Shown: positions 28,927 to 39,134 of the stretch, piece by piece
How the letters are laid out: every line of letters begins with the position of its first letter
Numbering within the stretch: position 1 is the stretch's first letter
From: an uncultured Roseicyclus sp.
GTDB taxonomy: Bacteria > Pseudomonadota > Alphaproteobacteria > Rhodobacterales > Rhodobacteraceae
Reading direction: 5' to 3'
DNA: 64,000 nt
Assembly (NCBI GenBank): GCA_947494975.1
Contig: CANLXA010000004.1
Coordinates: 341,001 to 405,000, forward strand
Notes under the pieces: generated by a model
Databases searched by the model: none
What the model was told of the DNA's origin: nothing
What the model saw: only the letters and a program-made list of their open reading frames with translations
Translations under genes and position numbers: made by a program

Positions 28927-30130
28927 GGCTGAAGAGAATGGCGTGCCGGGCGCGCCCGGCAAGGCAGAGGCCATCGATGCGCTGGTGATCGGGTCGGGCC
29001 CCGCGGGGTTGATGGCCGCGGAAACCCTTGCACAAGCCGGGCGGCGCGTGACGATTGTGGAGGGCAAGCCGTCGGCCGGGCGGAAATTCCTGATGGCGGG
29101 AAAATCCGGCCTGAACCTGACCAAAGACGAACCGAGTGGCGCATTTCTGGCCGCTTATGGACGCGACGCGGATTGGCTTGCGCCTATGATCGCATACATG
29201 GATCCGGTCGAGGTCATGGCCTTCGCCGAAGATCTGGGGCAACCGATCTTCACGGGTTCGACGGGGCGCGTGTTTCCACGGGCTATGAAGGCCTCACCGC
29301 TTCTGCGCGCATGGCTGAACCGGATTGACGCGAAGATGCGTTTGCGTTGGCGCTGGACGGGGTTCGAAGGCGACGCATTGCGGTTCGAGACGCCGGAGGG
29401 GCCTCGGCTGCTCGCCCCTGGGGTCACGGTTCTGGCGCTCGGCGGCGCGAGTTGGTCCCGGCTGGGATCGGACGGGGCATGGGCGCCATGGCTGGCCGAA
29501 CAGGGCGTGGGCATCGCGCCGTTCAAGCCCGCCAATGTGGGGTTTGTCGTGCCCTGGTCGGCCCATATGGACCCGTATTTCGGCCAACCGCTGAAGAATA
29601 TCGCACTTCTCGCAGATGGGCGACCGACCCGGGGGGAGGCGGTGATCTCGTCACGCGGATTGGAAGGCGGCGGGATCTACGCGGTCTCGGGCGCGGTTCG
29701 GGATGGCGCGGATTTGGCCATCGATCTGATGCCGGATCGCGACGAGACCGCCCTGACGAAGCGATTGAAAGGGCGGCCAACGAAACAGACGCTGACCAAG
29801 GCGCTTACCAATCTGGGCCTCGACCCGGCCAAGCGCGCCCTTTTGCAGGAATTCGCGCGGCCCCTGCCCGATGATCCGGCCGCCTTGGCCGCCCGGATCA
29901 AGCACCTGCCCGTTGCCCATGAAGGCCCGCGTCCGATGGACGAAGCGATCTCTACCGCAGGCGGCGTCCGCCGCGCGGCCCTGGGCCCCGGCCTGATGCT
30001 CAAGGCGCGGCCCGGCATCTTCGTCGCCGGTGAAATGCTGGATTGGGAGGCGCCCACCGGCGGTTACCTGATCACCGCGTGCCTTGCGACGGGCAAATGG
30101 GCAGGCGAACACGCTGCGCGGTATTACTGA
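28925..30130 (+). CDS. HI0933/TIGR03862-family flavoprotein
   Basis: VIGSGPAGLMAA, GRKFLMAGKSGLNLT, GSTGRVFP, EAISTAGG and GEMLDWEAPTGGYL motifs. Confidence 0.92.
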   Translation: MAEENGVPGAPGKAEAIDALVIGSGPAGLMAAETLAQAGRRVTIVEGKPSAGRKFLMAGKSGLNLTKDEPSGAFLAAYGRDADWLAPMIAYMDPVEVMAFAEDLGQPIFTGSTGRVFPRAMKASPLLRAWLNRIDAKMRLRWRWTGFEGDALRFETPEGPRLLAPGVTVLALGGASWSRLGSDGAWAPWLAEQGVGIAPFKPANVGFVVPWSAHMDPYFGQPLKNIALLADGRPTRGEAVISSRGLEGGGIYAVSGAVRDGADLAIDLMPDRDETALTKRLKGRPTKQTLTKALTNLGLDPAKRALLQEFARPLPDDPAALAARIKHLPVAHEGPRPMDEAISTAGGVRRAALGPGLMLKARPGIFVAGEMLDWEAPTGGYLITACLATGKWAGEHAARYY

Positions 30131-30158
30131 CCATTCGCAGGTGGCCGGGTTTGCCGCG

Positions 30159-30761
30159 TCAGGCCCCACGCGCCACGGCGGCCTTGAAGGCTGGCCGTGC
30201 CTTCATCATCGCGTCATGGGTCAGGAGGCGTTCATTCGTGACCTCGAACTTCGCGTTCTTTGCCCATCCCACGCAATGGGACAAAAGGATATCGGCGAGC
30301 GACATCGCCTCACCCGCCACAAACGGGCCGCCGGGCGCCATGCGCGCGGCGATGGCGTCCTGGTTCCGGGCAAATTCCCAGCGCAGGCTGTCCTTCACGG
30401 CCGGCACCCGGTGCTCTTCGGGCAGGATGAAGGAATGGCGCGCGGCTGCCCAAAGGATCGCGTCGATCTCATCATTCACGGCCTGTACGAAGGCATCCTG
30501 ATGCGCGCGGGCCAATGTGCCGGGCGTGGTCGTCAACGCGCCATGCGTGTCGGCCAGATAGGTCATGATCGCGACCGAATCCGGGATAGGATCGCCATCC
30601 ACCACCAGAACAGGGACCTTGCCCGTCGGGTTCAGCGCGCGCACCTCGTCGGAGCGCGGGCTCGCGGCGACAAGCTCGAAGTCCTGCTCCAACTCTTCCA
30701 GCATCCAGATCACCCGCATCGCGCGGCTGCGCAGGCCCCCGAAGACCACGTATTTGCTCAT
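30159..30761 (-). CDS. Glutathione S-transferase family
   Basis: SRAMRVIWMLEEL, LNPTGKVPVL, DSVAIMTYL; ATGA overlap with holA. Confidence 0.9.
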   Translation of the reverse strand: MSKYVVFGGLRSRAMRVIWMLEELEQDFELVAASPRSDEVRALNPTGKVPVLVVDGDPIPDSVAIMTYLADTHGALTTTPGTLARAHQDAFVQAVNDEIDAILWAAARHSFILPEEHRVPAVKDSLRWEFARNQDAIAARMAPGGPFVAGEAMSLADILLSHCVGWAKNAKFEVTNERLLTHDAMMKARPAFKAAVARGA

Positions 30762-31792
30762 CGTCTTCCCCCTCTGCCCGGCAGCATCGCCAACCGGATC
30801 AATGTGCGTTCCATCACAGCCATCTGCGGCGCCGCCCCGCCCGACCGCAGCGTCAGATCGGTGTCCACAAGCATGGAAAGCGCGGTTTCCAGTGCGTCGC
30901 GGCCCCAGCGCCCGGCCTGCCGCGCCATTCGGTCCCGGCGGGGCCCGAAGACGGGCGGGCGCATCGCCTGGAGGCCGGCGGCTGCCCCGTTCGGGTGGCT
31001 CGCCGCCATGTGCAGCGCGCGAAAATGGCGGAGCGCCGAGATGCAAAGCGTCACCGGGGCGACGCCCTGTTGGGACAGGCGTATCAGGATCGGGCCGATG
31101 GCGCCGGTCTCGGCTTCGGCGGTGGCGTGAAGGATATCGTCGAGCTCCGCGTCGCGGGTCAGGGGTGCCGTGGCTTCGATATCCGCGGGGCTGACGGGCG
31201 TGGCGTCGCCGCGTTTATAAAGCCCGAGTTTCTCGATCGTCTGACGAAGATCGGCTGGCCCCAAAGATCGCGCCAATGCTTCGAGGTCGCCCATGGCGTT
31301 GGGGTCCGTTGCCGTTATGCCCGCCTCTTTGAGCCAGTCTTCGATCTCGGCCCGGCCGGGCGGATCGTCGTAGATCGCCGCCGCATAGGCCTGCTTCGAT
31401 CCCTCGAACACCTTGCGCAGGGCAGATTTGGCAGTCAGCCGCCCGGCCGTGGCGACGATCTGCGCGTCGCCTGCAACCCAATCGGCAAAGGCGGCGGCAA
31501 AGACCTTGGACAGCCCATCGGTGGCGCCATCCACCAGCACGGCGCGTGGCCCCGGAAAGAACCCCACCGCCTTCACCGCATCCAGAAGGATCGCGGGATC
31601 GGATCTGAGCTCCGCCCCGGCCATCCGCGTCAGGCGCATTTCTTCTTCGGCGTTCTCGCCCAAGAGCGCGGCCATCAGGTCCTGCCGCTTCAACGCGACC
31701 CGCATCGCGTCATCGCCGAAGATCAGGCAGCCGGCGGCACTCGTATCGGGGCGTTTGAAATAGGCGTTGGCGTCGCGGGTCGAAAGCTTCAT
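30758..31792 (-). CDS. holA: DNA polymerase III delta subunit
   Basis: Position in the leuS-lptE-holA order; LIFGDD, EKLGLY and PPVFGPRR motifs. Confidence 0.9.
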   Translation of the reverse strand: MKLSTRDANAYFKRPDTSAAGCLIFGDDAMRVALKRQDLMAALLGENAEEEMRLTRMAGAELRSDPAILLDAVKAVGFFPGPRAVLVDGATDGLSKVFAAAFADWVAGDAQIVATAGRLTAKSALRKVFEGSKQAYAAAIYDDPPGRAEIEDWLKEAGITATDPNAMGDLEALARSLGPADLRQTIEKLGLYKRGDATPVSPADIEATAPLTRDAELDDILHATAEAETGAIGPILIRLSQQGVAPVTLCISALRHFRALHMAASHPNGAAAGLQAMRPPVFGPRRDRMARQAGRWGRDALETALSMLVDTDLTLRSGGAAPQMAVMERTLIRLAMLPGRGGRR

Positions 31793-32274
31793 GACCAGCC
31801 GGGGGCACCGGCGATCAATCGGCTGACCAATTGATCGGCCAGCACGACGGCCAAACGGTCCTCGGCATCGCGACGGGCCGATGCCGTGGCAACCGGCGAC
31901 GCGGTGGTGGCATAGGCGGTGAAGCTGGAGACGTCGCCAGTCTCCACCACCCGGCCCGTCGCGGCCTCGGTCACGGTGAAGGCAAGGCTCCCGACCACGT
32001 TGATCCGATCGATATTCTCTGCCTCGTCAATTGCGATGTTCCGCTGCGATGTGTCGAGTGCGTAGGACAGATCATAGGCTGAGCCGATGCCTAGCCGGTC
32101 TTCCAGGCGGGCGACCAGTTCGAATTCCAGGCGCGTATCGGGGGCCGCGACCCGGATCTGGTTGCGGATCACACGCCCCGACCCGCCCGGGCCATAAACC
32201 GGCGTGAAGTTGCACGCCCCCAGCGGCAGGGAGGCGAGGGCGACGATCAGGGTTCTGCGATTAAACGACGACAT
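31789..32274 (-). CDS. lptE: LPS assembly lipoprotein
   Basis: Lipobox LGAC followed by NFTPVYG; lies between leuS and holA. Confidence 0.85.
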   Translation of the reverse strand: MSSFNRRTLIVALASLPLGACNFTPVYGPGGSGRVIRNQIRVAAPDTRLEFELVARLEDRLGIGSAYDLSYALDTSQRNIAIDEAENIDRINVVGSLAFTVTEAATGRVVETGDVSSFTAYATTASPVATASARRDAEDRLAVVLADQLVSRLIAGAPGWS

Positions 32275-34834
32275 TCACGATCCGGCCGGGCACAACGATG
32301 ACTTTTTTCGGCGCATTTCCGGCAAGCGCCTTCACCACAGCGTCGTCTGCAAGCGCGATCTTTTCAACCTCTTCCTTGCTCGCGTCCTTGGCGACGACGA
32401 TTTCGGACTTGCGCTTGCCATTGATCTGGATCGGCATGGTGACGGTCTCCTCCACCAGCATCGCCTCATCCGCCACCGGCCAGGGTGCGTTTGCGATCAG
32501 GCCCTCTCCGCCCTGATGGGCCCACATATCTTCGGCCAGATGCGGCGTCATCGGGGCCATCAACTGCGCCAGCACCATGACGGCCTCACGCTGCGTTGCA
32601 TAGGAGGCATCGGATTTCTGCAACGTGTTGGTGAAGGCATAAAGCTTTGCGATGGCGGCGTTGAAGCCAAAGCTCTCGACCCCGTTGGTGACATCGAAGA
32701 TCGTCTTGTGCATCGCGCGCAGCAAATCTTCGTCGCCCTCCCCGGCGGCGCTGCGGTCCATCTCCCCGATCCGATCGCACAGCGACCAGACGCGACCCAG
32801 GTGCTTAAACGCGGCCTCGGCGCCCGAGGCCGTCCACTCCACGTCGCGCTCGGGCGGCGAATCGGACAGGACGAACCAACGGGCGGTATCGGCGCCGTAT
32901 CGCCCGATGATGGCAATCGGGTCGACGACGTTGTTTTTGGATTTCGACATCTTGGCAGAAGGGATGACTTCTACCTGCGTGCCGTCCGCCAGGAAGCCAC
33001 TGCCGTCGCGCAGCTCCACCGTCTCGGGGTAGTGATAGACCGGGCGGCCCTTGTCATCGGTGGTTTTGTAGATGGCATGGGTCACCATGCCCTGCGTGAA
33101 CAGGGCGTCGAACGGCTCAATGGCCTTTCGCGGCAAGTGCCCGGTGATATGCATCGCGCGGGCGAAGAACCGGGAATAGAGCAGGTGCAGGATCGCATGC
33201 TCGATCCCGCCGATATATTGGTCGACGTTCATCCAGTATTCGGCTTCGGCCTTGGACGTCGGCGTATCCGCATGGGGGGCGGTGAAGCGCGCGTAGTACC
33301 AGCTGGAATCCACGAAGGTGTCCATCGTGTCCGTCTCGCGCTTGGCCGGCGCGCCACAGGCGGGGCAGGGCACATCGCGCCAGGTCGGGTGCCGGTCCAG
33401 CGGGTTGCCGGGGATGTCGAACGTGACATCGTAGGGCAGCTCGACCGGCAGATTCTCCTTCTTCTCCGGCACCACGCCACAGGCGTCGCAATGGACCACC
33501 GGGATCGGGCATCCCCAATAGCGCTGCCGCGACAGCCCCCAATCGCGCAGGCGGAACTTCGTGACGCCCTGGCCCACACCCTGTGCTTCGCAAAACGCGA
33601 TGGCCGCATCGATGGCGTCCGATCCGGTCTGAACCTCGTCGCCCGCAAAGCCCGCAACGTAGCGCACGGGGTCCGTCTTGGGCGGGACAAAGGCCTCGCC
33701 CCCATCCTCGGGACGCGTGAAACCCTCCTCGCCCGTTTCCGGCACGTAGGTCGAAATCACCGGCAGGTCGTATTTGCGCGCAAATTCCAGGTCGCGCGCA
33801 TCATGGGCGGGGCAACCGAAGATCGCGCCGGTGCCGTACTCCATCAAGATGAAATTTGCGATGTAGACGGGCAGCTGCGCCGCGGTGTCGAACGGATGGC
33901 GCACCTTGAGACCGGTGTCGAAGCCCAACTTTTCAGCCTTCTCCACGGCCTCTGCCGTTGTGCCGCCCTTGCGGCACTCGGCGCAGAACGCGGCAACGGT
34001 TTCATCCTTCGCCTCCAGCTCCTTGGCCAGTGGATGATCGGGCGAGATACCGACGAAGCTCGCCCCCAACAGCGTATCGGGGCGCGTCGTGTAGACCTCC
34101 ACCCGATCATGGCCGCCCACGGGCTCTACCAGACCGAACGCAAATTGCAGTCCGCGCGATTTGCCGATCCAATTGGCCTGCATCAGCTTCACTTTGGCGG
34201 GCCAATCATCGAGGTCGTCCAGCGCTTCCAGCAACTCATCGGAATAGTCGGAGATCTTGAAGAACCACTGCGTCAGTTCCTTGCGCTCCACCTCCGCGCC
34301 CGAGCGCCAGCCCTTTCCATCCTCCACCTGCTCGTTCGCCAGAACCGTCATGTCCACCGGATCCCAGTTCACGACGGCATTCTTGCGGTCGATCAGACCG
34401 GCCTCCATCATGTCGATGAACAGGGCTTGCTGCTGGCCATAATATTCCGGGTCACACGTTGCCAGATCGCGGGACCAGTCGATTGAGAACCCCAGCGGAC
34501 GCATCTGGTCGCGCATGTCGTCCATGTTCTTGTAGGTCCAGTCCTTGGGGTGAATACCCCGATCCATCGCGGCGTTTTCCGCCGCCAGACCAAACGCGTC
34601 GAACCCCATCGGGTGCAGCACATTGTGGCCTGTCGCCAGCTTGTAGCGCGCGATCACGTCACCCATCGTGTAATTGCGCACATGCCCGATATGGATGCGG
34701 CCCGACGGGTAGGGGAACATCTCCAGCACGTAATATTTGGGCCTGTCGCCCTCCATCGTGGCAAGAAACGTCCCGGCCTCATCCCAGGCTTTCTGCCATT
34801 TCGGCTCAATCGTGGATGGGTCGTAGCGGGACAT
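32261..34834 (-). CDS. leuS: Leucine--tRNA ligase
   Basis: [13 protein letters not shown] (HIGH), [16 protein letters not shown] and [13 protein letters not shown] motifs. Confidence 0.99.
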   Translation of the reverse strand: MSRYDPSTIEPKWQKAWDEAGTFLATMEGDRPKYYVLEMFPYPSGRIHIGHVRNYTMGDVIARYKLATGHNVLHPMGFDAFGLAAENAAMDRGIHPKDWTYKNMDDMRDQMRPLGFSIDWSRDLATCDPEYYGQQQALFIDMMEAGLIDRKNAVVNWDPVDMTVLANEQVEDGKGWRSGAEVERKELTQWFFKISDYSDELLEALDDLDDWPAKVKLMQANWIGKSRGLQFAFGLVEPVGGHDRVEVYTTRPDTLLGASFVGISPDHPLAKELEAKDETVAAFCAECRKGGTTAEAVEKAEKLGFDTGLKVRHPFDTAAQLPVYIANFILMEYGTGAIFGCPAHDARDLEFARKYDLPVISTYVPETGEEGFTRPEDGGEAFVPPKTDPVRYVAGFAGDEVQTGSDAIDAAIAFCEAQGVGQGVTKFRLRDWGLSRQRYWGCPIPVVHCDACGVVPEKKENLPVELPYDVTFDIPGNPLDRHPTWRDVPCPACGAPAKRETDTMDTFVDSSWYYARFTAPHADTPTSKAEAEYWMNVDQYIGGIEHAILHLLYSRFFARAMHITGHLPRKAIEPFDALFTQGMVTHAIYKTTDDKGRPVYHYPETVELRDGSGFLADGTQVEVIPSAKMSKSKNNVVDPIAIIGRYGADTARWFVLSDSPPERDVEWTASGAEAAFKHLGRVWSLCDRIGEMDRSAAGEGDEDLLRAMHKTIFDVTNGVESFGFNAAIAKLYAFTNTLQKSDASYATQREAVMVLAQLMAPMTPHLAEDMWAHQGGEGLIANAPWPVADEAMLVEETVTMPIQINGKRKSEIVVAKDASKEEVEKIALADDAVVKALAGNAPKKVIVVPGRIVNVVV

Positions 34835-34860
34835 CTGTTCGTTCCTTGAGGAGATGACAT

Positions 34861-34886
34861 GAAAACGCCGGGCGAAGGGCCCGGCG
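34861..34886 (-). terminator. Terminator-like hairpin between the DUF3576 gene and leuS
   Basis: cgccgggc/gcccggcg stem, followed on the minus strand by TTTTC. Confidence 0.55.
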
Positions 34887-34915
34887 ATGTGTTTAGAAAG
34901 CTCTAGCGCGCGGGT

Positions 34916-35407
34916 CTAGAGGCGACCATCGGCAACCCGGAGCTGGCGCGCACGCGTCAGGATGGCATCTTCAACCTGGCGCGCCGTCTCGCGGCTGACG
35001 GCTGTGCCGTTGCGGCCTTGCAGGGCAACCCGCAGGCTGCGTGCCTCCAGCGCCGGGTCGGTCACGTAGACGGTGGCGCGATAGGCGCGGCTGCCACCCG
35101 GCGGCGTCGCATAGCCGAATGCCATGATGCCGGTAAACGGATCGGCGGCCTCCAGGGGCATGAAATCGAGGATCTCCAGCGAGGCGCGCCACAGATACCG
35201 GTTCACCTCAACCGTAACGGAGGGGTCGTCGTTATTGCCGAACAGGTCCCAGATCGACTCGCGGTCGGGATCTTGCACCACGCCTTGTTCGATCAGGCGC
35301 TGGTTCTGTGCCTCGGTGTCGTTGGCAAAGTTTCTGGTGCCGTTGCATGCCACAAGGGCTCCGCTCAGCAGAACCATACACACGAGGGTTGTGGCGCGTC
35401 TCAACAT
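34916..35407 (-). CDS. DUF3576-family lipoprotein
   Basis: Lipobox LVAC; VNRYLWRASLEILDFMPL..ADPFTG; IEDAILTRAR-type C-terminus (VEDAILTRARQLR). Confidence 0.85.
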   Translation of the reverse strand: MLRRATTLVCMVLLSGALVACNGTRNFANDTEAQNQRLIEQGVVQDPDRESIWDLFGNNDDPSVTVEVNRYLWRASLEILDFMPLEAADPFTGIMAFGYATPPGGSRAYRATVYVTDPALEARSLRVALQGRNGTAVSRETARQVEDAILTRARQLRVADGRL

Positions 35408-36210
35408 GTTAGTTACCCTGCTCAAATTGCCCGGCCACGTTTACAGAAGCGCCCCCGCACCGGCAAGGGGCGCTGTAGCGGGCGGGCGAAAGCCAGATAT
35501 CGTTGTCATGGTGCTCCTGCCGCATGTGCCCGACTCCACTGGATTGCGCGCATCGGACCCACCGACATCATACAGGCGCCGGCGCGCGCCGGCGCAGCAA
35601 CGATGGGCAGGCCCCTAGCGCACGATCTTCCAAGGAATGTCGGTCGACGTTCCGCGGTTGCCTATGCGGATCGCTCTTGGGGCCAAACCGCGCCGGACAA
35701 GGTTCTCCAGCTTTCCGTGCAACGGCCTCGGCAATCGACCTGCCCCGACGGATCAAGCCAACCCCCCCCGACACGAGCGTTCATCGTGCCGCCAGACAGG
35801 GCACATGTCCGGGTGGACGCCTGTTGGCACCATCAGGTTTCACGTGCGGCATTGGGGCCAATGGTGAAGCCGCTCGCATCGGAACGGGTGCTGGACGTGT
35901 CGATTGATGCCCGACGGCGGCCGATTCTGTGCCAGACGATTCGATACCCGTGCTGCGGCGGCATCAGGTCGGCCGCTGCCCCCACAACCACCAAAAGGAT
36001 GCGATTTCCCTTGTTCCGAAGGATTCCCGGGGTATTCGCGGCAGGTCGCCCGGTGAAACTGTGGCATGTCTGCACCAGCCACGCGGCAACCGAACCTTCC
36101 CCCCGGCGGCTTCCTTGCAATCAAAGTGGTGACGGGCGAGAGAAGGTCATACCCAATTCCGATGTTTGGTTTTGGGGTGCACCTTCTAAGTGAACACGAG
36201 GGAATAAACC

Positions 36211-37368
36211 ATGAAAAAGGTTCTCTTCGCCACGACCGCGCTTGTCGCGACCGCAGGCGTAGCATCGGCCGACGTCGCTCTGAGCGGCTCTGCTGAAATG
36301 GGTGTTGTCGGCGGGTCCGGCTCCACCATCACGCAATTCCACCAGGATATCGACGTCACCTTCACCCTCTCCGGTGAAACCGACGGCGGCATCACCTTTG
36401 GTGCAGCCATCGACATCGACGAAGTCGCGGGCGCAGCACCTTCCGTTGCCACCACTGGTGATGATGGCGGCGTTGCAATCTTCATCTCCGGCGACTTCGG
36501 CACCCTCACCATGGGTGACACCGATGGCGGCTTTGATGCTGGCATGCAGGAAGTGAACATCGGTTCGCCGGGTTCGATCGATGATGCTGAGACCACGCAC
36601 GCTGGTTACACTGGCAACAACGGTCTGGACGGCTTCTACGATGGCCAGGTTCTGTCCTACAGCTATTCCGTCTCCGGCTTCACGATCACCGGCTCGATCG
36701 AGATGGACGACGACGCAAACCACGGCGCCACGACCGCTCCGGTTTCTGCCACTGCTGGCGCTCGCGCCGCAGCGTTCAACATCCCCACCAACGCTGGTGA
36801 GCTTGTTGGCGGCGACGGCCTCACCGGTGACGCTGTCTTCGGCATCGGTGCAAGCTATGCCGGTACGTTCGGCGGCGGTTCCTACACCATCGGCGGTGGC
36901 TACCAGACGGTCGAAGATTTCGATCCGGTCCTCGCAGGTGGTCAGAGCATCTCCATCACGGGTATCTCCGCGACGGTTGCGCTCGACAACGGTCTGTCTG
37001 CAGGCGTCAACTACTCGATGATCGACGTTTCCGGTCTGGCGGTTGTGGCACCCGGTACGGCGTCCTTCTCCGGTACGCACATGGCAATCGGCGCGTCCTA
37101 CACGTTCGATGACATCACCGTGCACGCCAACTACGGCCAGTTCGACTGGGATCCGACTGCTTTCGCAACGGACTCCTCCGGTTATGGCCTGGCGGCGTCC
37201 TATGACCTCGGTGGCGGTCTCTCGGCCCACCTCGGCTACGGTTCGTCCTCGATCGATGCTCTGAACGCATCGTCCGTCGGTTCGTCCGCAGTTGAAGGCG
37301 CCTCTCCTGCCGCTCCGGCACTCGGCACCTCGAGCACCTGGTCGCTTGGCCTGGCAATGTCCTTCTAA
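36211..37368 (+). CDS. Outer-membrane porin (Rhodobacter type)
   Basis: MKKVLFATTAL signal, GETDGGITFGA, YDLGGG and C-terminal Phe; strongly biased codon usage. Confidence 0.93.
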   Translation: MKKVLFATTALVATAGVASADVALSGSAEMGVVGGSGSTITQFHQDIDVTFTLSGETDGGITFGAAIDIDEVAGAAPSVATTGDDGGVAIFISGDFGTLTMGDTDGGFDAGMQEVNIGSPGSIDDAETTHAGYTGNNGLDGFYDGQVLSYSYSVSGFTITGSIEMDDDANHGATTAPVSATAGARAAAFNIPTNAGELVGGDGLTGDAVFGIGASYAGTFGGGSYTIGGGYQTVEDFDPVLAGGQSISITGISATVALDNGLSAGVNYSMIDVSGLAVVAPGTASFSGTHMAIGASYTFDDITVHANYGQFDWDPTAFATDSSGYGLAASYDLGGGLSAHLGYGSSSIDALNASSVGSSAVEGASPAAPALGTSSTWSLGLAMSF

Positions 37369-37390
37369 TCCTGGCGGATTATCGGATACG

Positions 37391-37424
37391 GAAAGAGCGG
37401 GCCTTGCGCCCGCTCTTTTCTTTT
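37391..37424 (+). terminator. Rho-independent terminator after the porin
   Basis: aaagagcgggc-cttgc-gcccgctcttt followed by tctttt. Confidence 0.85.
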
Positions 37425-37438
37425 GGCCTAACAGCTTC

Positions 37439-38092
37439 ATGTCCCTGTCCGAGATCACCGCCCGTATCACCGCCACCGCGCAGGCCAAGGGCCGCGATCC
37501 GGCGGATATCACCCTGATCGCCGTTTCCAAGGTGCAGCCTGCCGCAAGGGTTGAGGCCGTGCTGCAGGACGGCCACCGCATCTTCGGGGAGAATCGGGTG
37601 CAGGAGGCGCAGGGGCGCTGGCCCGAGTTCCAGTCCCGCTTCGACGGCATCGACCTCCATCTGATCGGTCCGCTGCAAACCAACAAGGCCCGTCAGGCCG
37701 TGGAAATGTTCAGCGCCATCCACACGCTCGACCGCCCCAAACTCGCGAAACGCTTCGCCGACCTCGCGCAGGAGCGCGGCACAAGCCCCGAGCTGTTCAT
37801 CCAGGTCAATACCGGGGAAGAGCCGCAGAAGGCCGGATGCCTCCCCGCCGATGCCGACGCCTTCATTGCCGATGCCCGGTCCATGGACCTGCCGCTCAAA
37901 GGTCTGATGTGCATCCCGCCGGTTGAGGAAGAACCCGCGCTCCATTTCGCGCTTCTGGCCAAGATCGCCGCCCGAAACGGCCTCACGGGCCTCTCCATGG
38001 GCATGTCCGCGGATTTCGAAACCGCGATTGGGCAGGGTGCCACCCATATCCGCGTGGGCTCCGCCATCTTCGGCGAACGCGCCTACGACTAG
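37439..38092 (+). CDS. yggS: YggS-family PLP homeostasis protein
   Basis: LIAVSK, FGENRVQEA, HLIGPLQTNK, LSMGMSADF and RVGSAIFG motifs. Confidence 0.95.
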   Translation: MSLSEITARITATAQAKGRDPADITLIAVSKVQPAARVEAVLQDGHRIFGENRVQEAQGRWPEFQSRFDGIDLHLIGPLQTNKARQAVEMFSAIHTLDRPKLAKRFADLAQERGTSPELFIQVNTGEEPQKAGCLPADADAFIADARSMDLPLKGLMCIPPVEEEPALHFALLAKIAARNGLTGLSMGMSADFETAIGQGATHIRVGSAIFGERAYD

Positions 38093-38152
38093 CGCGCCCT
38101 CATCGCAGCCTCGGCTTCAACCCAATATGTCGCTAAGGTTAAGGGCCGCTCG

Positions 38153-38203
38153 CCCCTTCATCTTGGCAAAAAACTCTGGGGGGTCAGGGGGGCTAGCCCC
38201 CTG
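38153..38203. repeat. Short interspersed palindromic repeat, copy 2
   Basis: ccccttcatcttggcaaaaaactctggggggtcaggggggctagccccctg; aligns with 15646-15698. Confidence 0.7.
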
Positions 38204-38208
38204 CGTGG

Positions 38209-38724
38209 TCAGCGCGCCAAAGCGTCAGGTACGATCAACCGGGTGGCATAAGAGATCCGCGGCACGATCCAGCGCAAATGATCCGGCCTGACGCCGACAC
38301 ACCCTTCGGTCGGTCGACCCGGCCCGCGCCATCGATGGATGAAGATCGCCGATCCGCGGCCGCGCTCCGCATAAGGCCAATTCCAGTTCGTCACCAGAAC
38401 GATGTCATACAGCCGATCGCCGCGCGCCAATCGCTCCGCTGACCCGCGATACGGCGCGCGGACCATGAGGTTGTAGTCCTCATCTGCCGCATCGTCCGAC
38501 CACAAATCAGCCGGCCCTATGGGAATCGCCCAGTCACAGGGGCGCGCCAGCCGGTCGGCCCGGTAAAGGCATCCGACAATCCCGTGCACCCCCACCGGCG
38601 TGCCGCCGTCCCCCTCCCGCTTGTCCCGCACCACGCCGCCACGCCCGACGACGAAGGGCAAACGTGCCCCCCAGAATCGCAGGCCCGAAGGCGTCAGGAT
38701 GATATCCTCGGGTGATGCCGTCAT
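38209..38724 (-). CDS. L,D-transpeptidase family protein (YkuD-like)
   Basis: KREGDGGTP.G, GRGSAIFIH...PTEGCV motif. Confidence 0.88.
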   Translation of the reverse strand: MTASPEDIILTPSGLRFWGARLPFVVGRGGVVRDKREGDGGTPVGVHGIVGCLYRADRLARPCDWAIPIGPADLWSDDAADEDYNLMVRAPYRGSAERLARGDRLYDIVLVTNWNWPYAERGRGSAIFIHRWRGPGRPTEGCVGVRPDHLRWIVPRISYATRLIVPDALAR

Positions 38725-39134
38725 GGGTCGGGCAGGCCGTCAAAGGCGGGAATGTCGTCAGGGATCTGCTGATATGGTTGCATTTCGGCAGTATAGATCG
38801 CCGCGCGAGGCCCTCCGTAAGCCGACGGGTCATCCAAGGTACCGATCTTTAGGATTGCTGCGTCCAATCCTGGCCGACGCGTCACGATATGGGTGCCACA
38901 TTCCCCACAAAACTCGCGGGTCACCGGCGCGTCGAGGTCGTTGCGCACGAAGCTCTTGGGCACCCCTGCCACATAGGAAAACCCGGCAGATGGGATCGTC
39001 ATGAAGTAATTCGGGCCACCCCCTGAAACATGGCTGCAGGCCCGGCAATGGCATTGTGCCTTGAAAAACGGCTTGGCGGTCACCTCGTATCGCAGCGCGC
39101 CGCAGTAGCAGCCGCCGGTCAGCGTCTCGCTCAT
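38721..39134 (-). CDS. GFA family protein
   Basis: GGCYCGALRY, CHCRAC and FCGECGT motifs. Confidence 0.9.
   Translation of the reverse strand: MSETLTGGCYCGALRYEVTAKPFFKAQCHCRACSHVSGGGPNYFMTIPSAGFSYVAGVPKSFVRNDLDAPVTREFCGECGTHIVTRRPGLDAAILKIGTLDDPSAYGGPRAAIYTAEMQPYQQIPDDIPAFDGLPDP

Noticed and set aside
32204-34486. 760-aa plus-strand ORF, and similar long ORFs at 3145-5043, 13543-14973, 25076-26890 and 36121-37686
   Set aside because: They lie antisense to leuS, gpmI, ccrM, DUF2125 and the porin and have no recognisable motifs.
35503-36265. Short ORFs on both strands upstream of the porin
   Set aside because: No RBS, signal peptide, motif or codon bias distinguishes any of them from random ORFs.
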